Virus record (IMG/VR): IMGVR_UViG_2579778871_000008
DNA from: a virus
Lineage: Duplodnaviria; Heunggongvirae; Uroviricota; Caudoviricetes
Strand: one strand, 5' to 3'
DNA: 39,614 nt
Shown here one piece after another: positions 29,251 through 38,318 of this stretch. Positions within the stretch are counted from its first letter, which is position 1, and every line of letters begins with the position of its first letter. Below the pieces are notes generated by a model, which saw nothing but the letters and a program-made list of their open reading frames with translations, searched no databases and was not told the DNA's origin. Position numbers and translations under genes: made by a program.

Positions 29251-30117
29251 TTAGATGGCTTTGCTTCGATATTCAATTTCTAAAATCGCCTTTGTCATTG
29301 CCGCAATAGTTATAGCTTCTACCATAGTTAATTCAGGCCTGTTCAAGCTTCCGTGTCCAGCAGTAGGTAGTTTGTTGCGTAAATCATAAATATCTTTAAC
29401 AACATCAATAAGATTCTTAGGTAATTTTGACATTTTTTCGAACTGTTTAAAAAAACCACCCAATGACTCATTTGCCACATTCGGGTTTTGAGTGATTTCC
29501 TTCGCCATAGTTTCTAGAATATTAGAGGCTGCGTGCAGTGCACCCGCCGGGTCATTATTATCCAAGCAATTATTCATTCTATCTATTTGCTGAATGATAT
29601 TTGGATGCAATCTCTTTAAGTAATCACTAGCCAATTCTTCATTGAAGTTTTTGACACTTTCAAAAACATCGCAATCTAAATAAAATTTAGGATTGACTGA
29701 CATCCATGTATATTTCCAATCATTTTCTAAATTATCTTTTTCCGCACTAAGCCTGCCAGTATCCTGATCTATCTAATCAACATATTTACACATATAATCG
29801 GCGTAATAGTGTAAATATCTAAATGATATTTCTGGGCAAAAATTACTAACTGATGCAAGGCCGCCATATTCTTTTGTAGTAACTGTAGGGACTTCTTCAT
29901 CACATAAATATGAGAAACTAGTTCTTTCCCAAAATTCGCCCAACTCTTTTTCTTTCCTAGTTGCCATACCAGCTATCATATTGATGCTTGAGAGCAAAAC
30001 TACACTCTGATAGTACCGAGGACATCTGTATGAACTAGCATATGGGCATTTTGATGATGCTTTACGATTAATACGCTCTTTTTCCCACCAATTTTTATCA
30101 GGAATAATTCTTTGCAT
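29251..30117 (-). pseudogene. AT-rich ORF of about 288 codons interrupted by one in-frame TAG (candidate nonsense-disrupted moron gene)
   Basis: ORFs 29773-30117 and 29251-29703 are in the same frame, separated only by TAG at 29773-29775 and 23 sense codons. Confidence 0.45.
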
Positions 30118-30580
30118 AATTTATGCTACTATCTCACGAGTGAATGAATGTTTAGCCTTCTGCACAGTTTATCAGTTCCGGCATACCTACTGCTACCCCA
30201 CTGATTCAACTTTAAGTTATGGATTAAAGCGATTCGGTTTCGCTAGATGACACACTAGTGTTAACTTATGGATAAAAATTTATCACTTAAAATTAACTAA
30301 TGACTGTAGCGACCAAAAGTGTGCCAGAATGTTATTTTCGTCTGGCCTATTATCAATCTAATTACCCAAATTAAAGTTACTCTCCTTCATCAGCAAAAAA
30401 TAAATACGCCGTTCACTTTCTCAAAGTGTTCCTGTGTTATTTTTAAAGTTAACAACGCCGTCTATTCGTCCAAATGTACAACAAACATCAGACTCAGGCA
30501 CAACGCTGACAATGAGAATAGTTCTAGCCCTGTGCCACAGAAATGTCAATTCACATATGTATTAATGCTCTTTAATCTCG

Positions 30581-31003
30581 TCACTTCAATAAATAGCGAA
30601 CATTTCCCTGATAAAATGCCAACACTCGCTGCATTACTTCACTTTCCAGACACTCGCGACAAACCATGTTATGGCGACTATCGTAGCGACGAATTTCTCC
30701 GTCAGGTAATGACCAGATAAGGTCCGGATCAACCATAGACGGTTTCTTCCCCTTTGCCCTCGATAGTTTTTTGCGGGCGTTTTGCCAGTCCTTACGAGCC
30801 TGTTCTGACGGGAATAACCCATAGCCAGAGTTGTATACATCGCCACTGGCAACCAGCTCCCTGGCAAGAACGCTAATCAGATATCTTGTCGCACCTGTTT
30901 TAGCTTCCAGCTGTCGTAACGTCTCGCGCCCACTCTGGCGTACGAGTGCAACAACCTGTCCCTTAATTTTTTCCCGCTCTTCTTGTGTAAAAACTTTTGC
31001 CAC
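30581..31003 (-). CDS. hypothetical protein downstream of the replication initiator
   Basis: 140 aa basic protein with a possible HTH (TLRQLEAKTGATRYLISVLAREL); no confident family. Confidence 0.45.
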   Translation of the reverse strand: MAKVFTQEEREKIKGQVVALVRQSGRETLRQLEAKTGATRYLISVLARELVASGDVYNSGYGLFPSEQARKDWQNARKKLSRAKGKKPSMVDPDLIWSLPDGEIRRYDSRHNMVCRECLESEVMQRVLAFYQGNVRYLLK

Positions 31004-31043
31004 AAGTCCTCCTGAAAATTACCTCATGATCTGAAATCAATAC

Positions 31044-32006
31044 CTACCCCCTGAACCCTGGTGGAATTTCGGTGTCAGGTTCAGAAATATGATTCACACA
31101 ACGCTGTACAGGCGAACGCCCCAGACGGATAACCAGCTCATCCCATTTATCGCGAAGTTTTGACGGGCTCATGATGTTTTTTACCCAGAATGGATCCCGC
31201 TGTACCCGACCAAACATTTCGCAGATTTGTCTGTGAGTTCTGCCATCCAGCATCCGCATTATGCGCACGTCATTGGCCCATGCTGTCCAGTTGGGTTCTT
31301 TCGGTCGGGTGATCTCGCCATCATCGCTGGCGGCCTGTTCGTAAAGACTCACGATTCGCCCCCAGATCCACTGTGCGCATGCCAAATCCTCCTGAGTTCC
31401 CCACTGACGTTTTTTTGCACTAAACACAACCGCATCAGGATGTCGGGTTAAAAAATCCTGTTCAGCCGTCTGCGGGTCCGGTTGCGAAGCTTCCGGACGA
31501 AAAGATCTTTTATCTGACGGATCAGGTTTTAATACTGACGGATCGGGGCCAACCATCGCCCCCCTAACCGGCTGTTTTTTACCAACGGTTGATCCATCAA
31601 AATTTGACGGGTCAACCGTTGAGGGGGCAATATTTGACTGGTCAACTGTTAACGGGTCATTTTTTGCCGGGCTAATTTTTCTTTTCGGTTTATATGCCTC
31701 ACGCGCCGCCTCAGCTGCTGCTTCGAGTTTTTCCACATTAAGGCGGTAGATATTGCTTTCATTACGCCCACCGACCTTACGCTCCTCCTTCGTCAGCCAG
31801 CCGTTCTTTTCCAGTTCCGCTATCGCCGCTTTAACCGTTGATTCACTCTTTGCCCCAATCTGACGACGAATGGTCTCCACTGCAGGCCATGACACACCTT
31901 CGTCATTGCTGTAGTCTGCAAGGCGAGCCATTACTGCCACCCTGGATAAGATCATGCCGGTGAAGGCGCACCCTTCCCAGACAAGACCATGAAGCTTGCT
32001 GCTCAT
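31044..32006 (-). CDS. replication initiator (lambda O-like organisation: N-terminal HTH, iteron-encoded linker, C-terminal domain)
   Basis: 320 aa; follows the cro-like and YdaT-like genes; central peptide repeats PLTVDQSNIAPSTVDPSNFDGSTV are encoded by the DNA iterons. Confidence 0.65.
   Translation of the reverse strand: MSSKLHGLVWEGCAFTGMILSRVAVMARLADYSNDEGVSWPAVETIRRQIGAKSESTVKAAIAELEKNGWLTKEERKVGGRNESNIYRLNVEKLEAAAEAAREAYKPKRKISPAKNDPLTVDQSNIAPSTVDPSNFDGSTVGKKQPVRGAMVGPDPSVLKPDPSDKRSFRPEASQPDPQTAEQDFLTRHPDAVVFSAKKRQWGTQEDLACAQWIWGRIVSLYEQAASDDGEITRPKEPNWTAWANDVRIMRMLDGRTHRQICEMFGRVQRDPFWVKNIMSPSKLRDKWDELVIRLGRSPVQRCVNHISEPDTEIPPGFRG
31581..31670. repeat. ori-like iterons inside the replication gene
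   Basis: ttgacgggtcaaccgttga and ttgactggtcaactgttaa direct repeats, an inverted copy caacggttgatcc and a partial gacgggtca, flanked by an AT-rich stretch. Confidence 0.65.
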
Positions 32007-32029
32007 AAAAAACCCCGAACACCGTGCTT

Positions 32030-32455
32030 TTAGTGCATCACCACAGCATTTCCTGCCGGGCCACCACGATTCATCTGATTGAAACCGGCGATTGCCACTG
32101 CGACAAAATCATCAGCGTCTCTCACCAGTCGTTCCCGCGTCTCCACCAACTCCCGAAAATAGGCTGAACTGTGGCTGCGCATCCGGGCCACCAGCAGAGG
32201 TGGCATTGCTTTTTCGATTGCTGGTAACAACGCCTGAATTTTTTCAACCGCATCAGTGGTGTCTTTCTCCACCCAGCGGAAAATTTTCTGAGTATTACGA
32301 GCCAGGGCTTCTGGATGGCTGTCGTCGTACAGTTCCGGGGACGTCATTCCCAGTTCGAAATAAGCCCTGGTTATCTTGGCCGCCGGAACTTTTTCACCGT
32401 CCGGACGCGCCCAGGCATTCATAGCCATGCGGATGTGTTCATGCTTGATTTTCAT
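32030..32455 (-). CDS. YdaT-like (DUF1019) protein in the cII position
   Basis: 141 aa starting MKIKHEHI...; position after the cro-like gene as in Rac-type prophages. Confidence 0.55.
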   Translation of the reverse strand: MKIKHEHIRMAMNAWARPDGEKVPAAKITRAYFELGMTSPELYDDSHPEALARNTQKIFRWVEKDTTDAVEKIQALLPAIEKAMPPLLVARMRSHSSAYFRELVETRERLVRDADDFVAVAIAGFNQMNRGGPAGNAVVMH

Positions 32456-32679
32456 GAATCATTCTTTCCTTCGTTCAAGGTGTTATCCTTCTTTTTGTAA
32501 AGTTCTGGGTTCAAAGATAATTTTCCCTTGGAGTATGCGGCAGCTTCCGCGGCCCTCCCCTTGGGAACTATTTCACCAGGACGTTTGCGCCACATGTATA
32601 TAGCTTCACGGGTTATCCCATAAAAATCGGCAACTCTCTGAACAGAGCCAAAAAACTGGACAAGTTCATCAACTCGCAT
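32452..32679 (-). CDS. Cro/YdaS-like HTH regulator
   Basis: 75 aa with HTH (SVQRVADFYGITREAIYMWRK); divergent from the repressor gene. Confidence 0.7.
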   Translation of the reverse strand: MRVDELVQFFGSVQRVADFYGITREAIYMWRKRPGEIVPKGRAAEAAAYSKGKLSLNPELYKKKDNTLNEGKNDS

Positions 32680-32771
32680 TTCACCCCCCTAAAACTAAGT
32701 ATTTTTAGATTAAAGGATAATTTTTTTTAGGTCAATGCAATCTAAAATAATTTATATTCAATTCACGGGAG
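32680..32771. promoter_or_regulatory. immunity intergenic region with divergent promoters and operator-like half-sites
   Basis: AT-rich 92 bp between divergent starts; ctaaaactaagtatttttag and ttttag-N11-ctaaaa share the taaaactaa motif with the palindrome at 33496-33521. Confidence 0.55.
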
Positions 32772-33422
32772 ATGATGATGGAAAGCCTTGGCATTAGGCT
32801 TAAGAGACTCAGAAAAGACAAGGGACTGACCCAAGTCGAACTGGGCAAGCTTTCTGGCGTAACAGGGGTAACTATAGGGTACTGGGAGAAAGACCTAAAC
32901 GAACCCGGTAGCAAAGCTCTTAGTAAATTAGCCCAAGCACTAGGAACTACTGAGTCCTATCTCCTATATGGAGTATCGTCTACTGAACCTACCCTTGTGC
33001 AGAACAATTCAGGCACCCAAATCCCCTATCTTTCATGGGGGGAAGCAATTTCTTTCCTAATTTTAGAAGGAGAGAAAACTATGGGAAATGCCGACAGAAT
33101 CACCACATTCTTTGACGTCAAGGAGGGGGATTTTGCCGTTTCAATGCCTGATGACACTATGCACAACCCATCAGGGTCGCCAAGCATTCCGGTTGGTGCC
33201 ACAGTGATCATGAGGCCTAGAGAAAAATATAAAAATGGTAGTATCGTCGCTGTAATAGTCCCAGATCCGCTTACAAACGAACCATCTATGACTATAAAAA
33301 AATTAGTCATCGACGGAAAACTCGTGTATTTAAGCCCCCTCAATCCTCGCTATCAATCGTCCTTACTGACACCTGAATGTAAAATTGTTGCTGTAGCAAA
33401 AGGTGTGCAGTTCAGCCTATAG
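32772..33422 (+). CDS. CI-type prophage repressor (XRE HTH plus S24 LexA-like peptidase domain)
   Basis: 216 aa; N-terminal HTH LTQVELGKLSGVTGVTIGYWEKD; C-terminal domain with Ser (SMPDDTM) and Lys (TIKKLV) consistent with a RecA-stimulated self-cleaving repressor. Confidence 0.85.
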   Translation: MMMESLGIRLKRLRKDKGLTQVELGKLSGVTGVTIGYWEKDLNEPGSKALSKLAQALGTTESYLLYGVSSTEPTLVQNNSGTQIPYLSWGEAISFLILEGEKTMGNADRITTFFDVKEGDFAVSMPDDTMHNPSGSPSIPVGATVIMRPREKYKNGSIVAVIVPDPLTNEPSMTIKKLVIDGKLVYLSPLNPRYQSSLLTPECKIVAVAKGVQFSL

Positions 33423-33445
33423 CTTCCACTTTGTTTTTCAATCAG

Positions 33446-33470
33446 AGGTCGGCTTTGTCGACCTTTTTTT
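33446..33470 (+). terminator. intrinsic terminator after the repressor gene
   Basis: aggtcg-gctttgt-cgacct hairpin followed by ttttttt. Confidence 0.75.
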
Positions 33471-33489
33471 AAATATATCTAGATCACAC

Positions 33490-33521
33490 TTGACTATAAA
33501 ACTAAATAGATTTAGTTTTAT
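33490..33521 (+). promoter_or_regulatory. pL-like promoter -35 (TTGACT) abutting a 26 bp operator palindrome
   Basis: TTGACT at 33490-33495 followed by ataaaactaaat-ag-atttagttttat (12 bp perfect inverted arms). Confidence 0.55.
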
Positions 33522-33699
33522 AGTATACCACCCCACCCCGCCCCACAGAACGCAGGGCAATACTTCGAGTTACCAGGCAGTGGTCTGGGGTTAAGTAGCC
33601 AGCCCGAGGCGTAAGAACATGACGGCAGGGTTCAACTTTAATAACTATGCAGCAGGTTTTTGTTCCGCTACCCCAGCGTTAAGGGGAAATGAGGTCAGC

Positions 33700-33855
33700 A
33701 TGGATACTATCGATCTTGGCAACAACGAATCTCTGGTGTGCGGCGTGTTTCCCAACCAGGACGGCACGTTCACCGCGATGACGTATACCAAAAGCAAAAC
33801 GTTTAAAACCGAATCTGGCGCGCGTCGCTGGCTGGAAAGAAATTCAGGTGAGTGA
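33700..33855 (+). CDS. small early protein (YdaF-like)
   Basis: 51 aa MDTIDLGNNESLVCGVFPNQDGTFTAMTYTKSKTFKTESGARRWLERNSGE from internal ATG with GAGG SD; resembles Rac YdaF by recall. Confidence 0.5.
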   Translation: MDTIDLGNNESLVCGVFPNQDGTFTAMTYTKSKTFKTESGARRWLERNSGE

Positions 33856-33856
33856 T

Positions 33857-33985
33857 ATGGATTTCGACGCAATCATGGAAAAGGCTTACGAAGAATACTT
33901 CGAAGGCCTTGCCGAAGGCGAAGAAGCTCTCAGCTTCAGCGAATTTAAACAGGCGCTTTCCAGTTCGGCAAAAGCTAACAACTGA
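33857..33985 (+). CDS. small acidic early protein (YdaG-like), translationally coupled
   Basis: 42 aa MDFDAIMEKAYEEYFEGLAEGEEALSFSEFKQALSSSAKANN; ATG one nt after the preceding stop; not in the ORF track (below size cut-off). Confidence 0.45.
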   Translation: MDFDAIMEKAYEEYFEGLAEGEEALSFSEFKQALSSSAKANN

Positions 33986-34077
33986 GAAGTTTATGATGGA
34001 ATTGAGAGTTTGTTTCAAACTCTCAATAAACCAGAGGCAGGTAAGGAGCGTTAAATTATTGCTTGAGAGCAATAAGA

Positions 34078-34611
34078 TCACTCAATCTCACCGCTATAGG
34101 CATTCCATCTGAGCATGAGTGCACGCCAGAAAATATCGTTTATGTGCAAAACACAGTATGGATTTTCGTCGGGAAGGAGTTGCCCTTCCATGGGGAGCAA
34201 AATATTAGCAGATACCAGTTTTTTTATATCAGAATCATTGCGTACAGCATGGATCACAGGATAGTTCCTCGATAATGCCGTAATAAGAATTTTTTTCTGA
34301 CCCGCAGTCAAGGAATCGATAACTGCATTGATATGACTGATTATTTTTTGTTCTCTTGTATTGTTCCGGTGACTTCGCCAGATCTTACGAAGAAATAAAG
34401 CTAAACGTTGGAGATTTATAGCCAGCACAAAAGAAAAGGCAAAAACGAATACCGGGTAAATATAAGGAATGCTGATTTTGTCTTGAACATACTCCGGTAC
34501 AGAATCAGGCATAAAGAGCAATATCAAAACAAAGATAATAAGCATATACATAAGGCGCTCTAAGGGTTCGTTACTGAATAACTTGCTCAACAAGCCGAAT
34601 ACATCAGGCAT
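34078..34611 (-). CDS. sieB: superinfection exclusion protein B (SieB-like)
   Basis: 177 aa membrane protein (LIIFVLILLFM, VFVFAFSFVLAINL) opposite to the early leftward genes, between the repressor and kil-like gene. Confidence 0.65.
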   Translation of the reverse strand: MPDVFGLLSKLFSNEPLERLMYMLIIFVLILLFMPDSVPEYVQDKISIPYIYPVFVFAFSFVLAINLQRLALFLRKIWRSHRNNTREQKIISHINAVIDSLTAGQKKILITALSRNYPVIHAVRNDSDIKKLVSANILLPMEGQLLPDENPYCVLHINDIFWRALMLRWNAYSGEIE

Positions 34612-35155
34612 ATTAATAACTCTCTACTGTAAGGGTATTAAAATGTTATCACAGACTCTCGCTGTAGGGGTATAGCCGAGACCACCGAGCCTGAAGTGGT
34701 AAAAAGACAGGCACACAACACGAAAGCGCACGGCGAGGCTGTTAGTTCATAAATGGTCTGTCGTTAAATTTACGTCGACCGTGCGCTTCCGGTTGTGGCA
34801 CTCCGCGAAATGGCGCGGCGGTAAGTATGGCGGGGTTATTCCTTCCCCCGTTGAGGACACCGGGTTGTCAGGTTGACCATACGCTTAAGTGACAACCCCG
34901 CTGCAACGCCCTCTGTTATCATTTTTCTGGTGACGTTTGGCGGTATCAGTTTTACTCCGTGACTGCTCTGCCGCCCTTTTTAAAGTGAATTTTGTGATGT
35001 GGTGAATGCGGCTGAGCGCACGCGGAACAGTTAAAACCAAAAACAGTGAAATGGGTGGATTCTCTGTATCCGGCGTTAATTGTTAACTGGTTAACGTCAC
35101 CTGGAGGCACCAGGCACCGCATCAACAAAGTTCATTTGTAAAAATGGAGATAATT

Positions 35156-35377
35156 ATGATTGCTCATCACTTCGGAACTGATGAGATTCCTCGTCAGTGC
35201 GTGACTCCCGGTGATTATGTTATTCATAAAGGAAGAACATATATTGCTTCGGTAAACAACATTAAAAAACAACGCCTCTATATTCGTGATTTTTCCACAC
35301 AACACTGTATTAAGGAAACCATGATTAAAGTCTTCCTTGGTCGTGATGGTTTACCTGTAAAAGCAGTGTCATGGTGA
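35156..35377 (+). CDS. KilR-like small protein
   Basis: 73 aa from internal ATG ([15 protein letters not shown]...); size and position between sieB and recE-like gene match Rac KilR by recall. Confidence 0.5.
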   Translation: MIAHHFGTDEIPRQCVTPGDYVIHKGRTYIASVNNIKKQRLYIRDFSTQHCIKETMIKVFLGRDGLPVKAVSW

Positions 35378-35500
35378 GCAGTAATAAAATAACTGCCACA
35401 ATACGACATTCAGCTTAATGAATACATCAGATTTGATTCTTATATGCCAGCAATGGCAGGGATTTGTTCACCCTTAAATCTGTAATGAGGTTAAAACAAA

Positions 35501-37975
35501 ATGAGTAAAGTCTTTATTTGCGCCGCCATTCCTGACGAACAGGCAATTAAGGAAGAAGGTGCAGTTGCTGTAGCCACTGCCATCGAAGCTGGTGACGAAC
35601 GCCGCGCCCGTGCCAAATTTACCTGGCAATTCCTGGAGCAATATCCGGCTGCTCAGGACTGTGCTTATAAATTTCTTGTCTGCGAGGATAAACCCGGCAT
35701 GGCCCGCCCTGCCCTTGATTCCTGGGATACCGAATATATGCAGGAAAACCGCTGGGATGAGGGATCGTCTTCCTTTGTCCCGGTCGAACCAGAGCCGAAT
35801 ACAGAAATTGTTAACTTTAATCAGTTATCCGACGACAAACAGGCCGCTGTTCTCGTTAAGTTTGGCGCACATGAAAACGTCACCGTGGATATGGTCATCA
35901 ACGCAAGCGGGCTTCTTGGCGATGACGACATGATGACCTTTGACGGACACCTCGCAGAGGCAATTATCCGGACTAAAGAAATTAACGCCATGTATCCGGA
36001 ACGTCAGATTGAATACATCAACGATGCCAGACGTGATTTAAAACCAACCGCCAAATGGCCCGACGTTCAGGCATATTTTCTCGACCGTAAAAAACGCCAG
36101 GAAAAGGAGCGCAAAGAAGGTGGTGCATATACTTCTGTTGTTGATCTCGCCCGCGCCAGCGTCAACCGGCAGAACACTGAAAACTCAGTAGCAAAAATCA
36201 ACCCTGTCACTACTGCCATTCGTCGCGAATACAAGCAGACATGGAAAACACTGGATGATGAACTGGCCTACGCTCTGTGGCCTGGTGACATTGATGCCGG
36301 AAACATTGACGGCAGCATCCATCGCTGGGCAAAAAATGAAGTTATCGACAACGACCGCGAAGACTGGAAGCGTATCTCGGCATCAATGCGCAAACAACCT
36401 GATGCCCTTCGCTACGACCGCCAGACTATTTTTGGCCTTGTCCGTGAACGTCCGATCGACATTCACAAAGACCCTGTGGCACTGAACAAATACATTACTG
36501 AATACCTGACTACAAAGGGCGTGTTTGAAGATGAAGGAAGAAATCAGAGCGCAACTGATACTCTCTCGTCGCCAGTACCAGAAACTGATGCAGTGGAAAC
36601 GGCAATTCCGGACAACGAAAAAACCGAATGCAAAGTGGAAGTCGAACCATCTGTAGAGCGTGAGGGGCCGTTCTACTTCCTCTTCACCGACAAGGATGGC
36701 GAAAAATACGGTCGCGCAAACAAACTTTCTGGTCTGGATAAGGCACTGGCTGCCGGGGCTACTGAAATCACGAAAGAAGAATATTTCGCCCGCAAAAACG
36801 GTACATACTCAGGTTCACAACAAAATACTGGTGCATCTGACACGACCGCACAACCAGGGCCGGTAAAAGTTACCGCTGACGAAGTAAACAAAATTATGCA
36901 GGCAGCCAATATCAGCCAGCCTGACACCGATGAACTGCTTGCAGTATCACGCGGTGAATTTGTTGCAGGGATTAGCGATCCGAATGATCCGGAATGGGTA
37001 AAGGGGATTGAAACCCGCGATTCTGTGAACCAGAACCAGCAAGAAACGGAACAGAACGATCAGAAAGCGGAACAAAACAGCCCAAATACGCAACAAAACG
37101 AGCCAGAAACGAAACAACCTGAACCAGTAGTGCAACAGGAACCGAAAAAGATCTGCACCGCCTGCGGTCAGAGCGGTGGCGGCAACTGCCATGATTGTGG
37201 TGCGGTGATGGGCGACGCAACATACCAGGAAACATTCGATGACAAGAACCAGGTTGAAGTTCAGGAAGACGATTCGGAGAAAATGGAAGGCGCTGAACAT
37301 CCACACAAGGGGAATGCTGGCAGCGCTCAGGACCACGCCAGCGATAGTGAAACTGGCGAGACGGCAGATCCCTTAATTACGGTGAACGGTCATCACGTTA
37401 TCACATCCACCAGCAGGACGTGTGACCATCTAATGATCGACCTTGAAACCATGGGAAAAAATCCTGATGCCCCGATCATCTCAATAGGTGCAATATTTTT
37501 CGATCCGCAAACCGGAGATATGGGACCGGAATTTAGTAAGACTATCGATCTGGAAACTGCTGGCGGAGTCATTGATCGGGACACCATTAAATGGTGGCTT
37601 AAGCAATCACGCGAAGCGCAATCTGCCATTATGACCGATGAAATCCCGTTAGATGATGCACTATTACAATTGCGGGAATTTATCGACGAAAACTCCGGTG
37701 AATTTTTTGTTCAGGTTTGGGGAAATGGAGCCAACTTCGACAACACGATTTTGCGCCGTTCATACGAACGGCAGGGGATCCCCTGCCCGTGGCGTTACTA
37801 CAACGATCGCGATGTACGCACAATCGTTGAGCTGGGGAAAGCCATAGACTTCGATGCCAGAACGGCTATTCCATTCGAAGGTGAGCGCCATAATGCACTT
37901 GATGACGCCCGTTACCAGGCAAAATACGTTTCAGTTATCTGGCAAAAACTTATCCCGAGTCAGGCTGATTCTTAA
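35501..37975 (+). CDS. RecE-like early protein with C-terminal DEDDh (DnaQ-like) 3'-5' exonuclease domain
   Basis: 824 aa; acidic low-complexity middle; SRGEFVAGISDPNDPEWVKGIETRD recalls RecE; C-terminus has Exo motifs MIDLETMG, WGNGANFDNTIL and HNALDDARY. Confidence 0.65.
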   Translation: MSKVFICAAIPDEQAIKEEGAVAVATAIEAGDERRARAKFTWQFLEQYPAAQDCAYKFLVCEDKPGMARPALDSWDTEYMQENRWDEGSSSFVPVEPEPNTEIVNFNQLSDDKQAAVLVKFGAHENVTVDMVINASGLLGDDDMMTFDGHLAEAIIRTKEINAMYPERQIEYINDARRDLKPTAKWPDVQAYFLDRKKRQEKERKEGGAYTSVVDLARASVNRQNTENSVAKINPVTTAIRREYKQTWKTLDDELAYALWPGDIDAGNIDGSIHRWAKNEVIDNDREDWKRISASMRKQPDALRYDRQTIFGLVRERPIDIHKDPVALNKYITEYLTTKGVFEDEGRNQSATDTLSSPVPETDAVETAIPDNEKTECKVEVEPSVEREGPFYFLFTDKDGEKYGRANKLSGLDKALAAGATEITKEEYFARKNGTYSGSQQNTGASDTTAQPGPVKVTADEVNKIMQAANISQPDTDELLAVSRGEFVAGISDPNDPEWVKGIETRDSVNQNQQETEQNDQKAEQNSPNTQQNEPETKQPEPVVQQEPKKICTACGQSGGGNCHDCGAVMGDATYQETFDDKNQVEVQEDDSEKMEGAEHPHKGNAGSAQDHASDSETGETADPLITVNGHHVITSTSRTCDHLMIDLETMGKNPDAPIISIGAIFFDPQTGDMGPEFSKTIDLETAGGVIDRDTIKWWLKQSREAQSAIMTDEIPLDDALLQLREFIDENSGEFFVQVWGNGANFDNTILRRSYERQGIPCPWRYYNDRDVRTIVELGKAIDFDARTAIPFEGERHNALDDARYQAKYVSVIWQKLIPSQADS

Positions 37976-38047
37976 TGTTCAACTGTCGCCGGTTGTGACT
38001 GGTATTCTGCAACCGGCGCTCGTCTGATGTAAGAGATAAAGAAATCG

Positions 38048-38299
38048 ATGAGCGAAGTAATCATGATTGTCTCTCCCGGCAAATGGGTATCCGAAGAGCA
38101 GTTAATTGCGCTGAAAGGAATAAAAAAAGGTACGTTAAAAAAGGCCCGGGAAAAATCGTTTATGGAAGGAAGGGAATATAAGCATGTCGCTCATGACGGT
38201 ATGCCATGGGATAACAGTCCATGCTTTTACAACCTGGAAGAAATTGATCGCTGGATTGAGCGCCAGGCATCAGCGAGACCAAGACGTCATCTTACTTGA
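38048..38299 (+). CDS. xis: excisionase (Xis-like)
   Basis: 83 aa basic protein immediately upstream of int; GREYKHVAHDG resembles the lambda Xis core. Confidence 0.7.
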   Translation: MSEVIMIVSPGKWVSEEQLIALKGIKKGTLKKAREKSFMEGREYKHVAHDGMPWDNSPCFYNLEEIDRWIERQASARPRRHLT

Positions 38300-38318
38300 C
38301 TAAAAGCCACACTAACTA

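Noticed and set aside
35592-37336. Internal and antisense ORFs (113, 76, 129, 110 aa) within the RecE-like gene
   Set aside because: Overlap a continuous 824-aa ORF with recognisable exonuclease motifs; the antisense Phe/Leu/Arg-rich frames arise from the GAA/CAA-rich sense strand.
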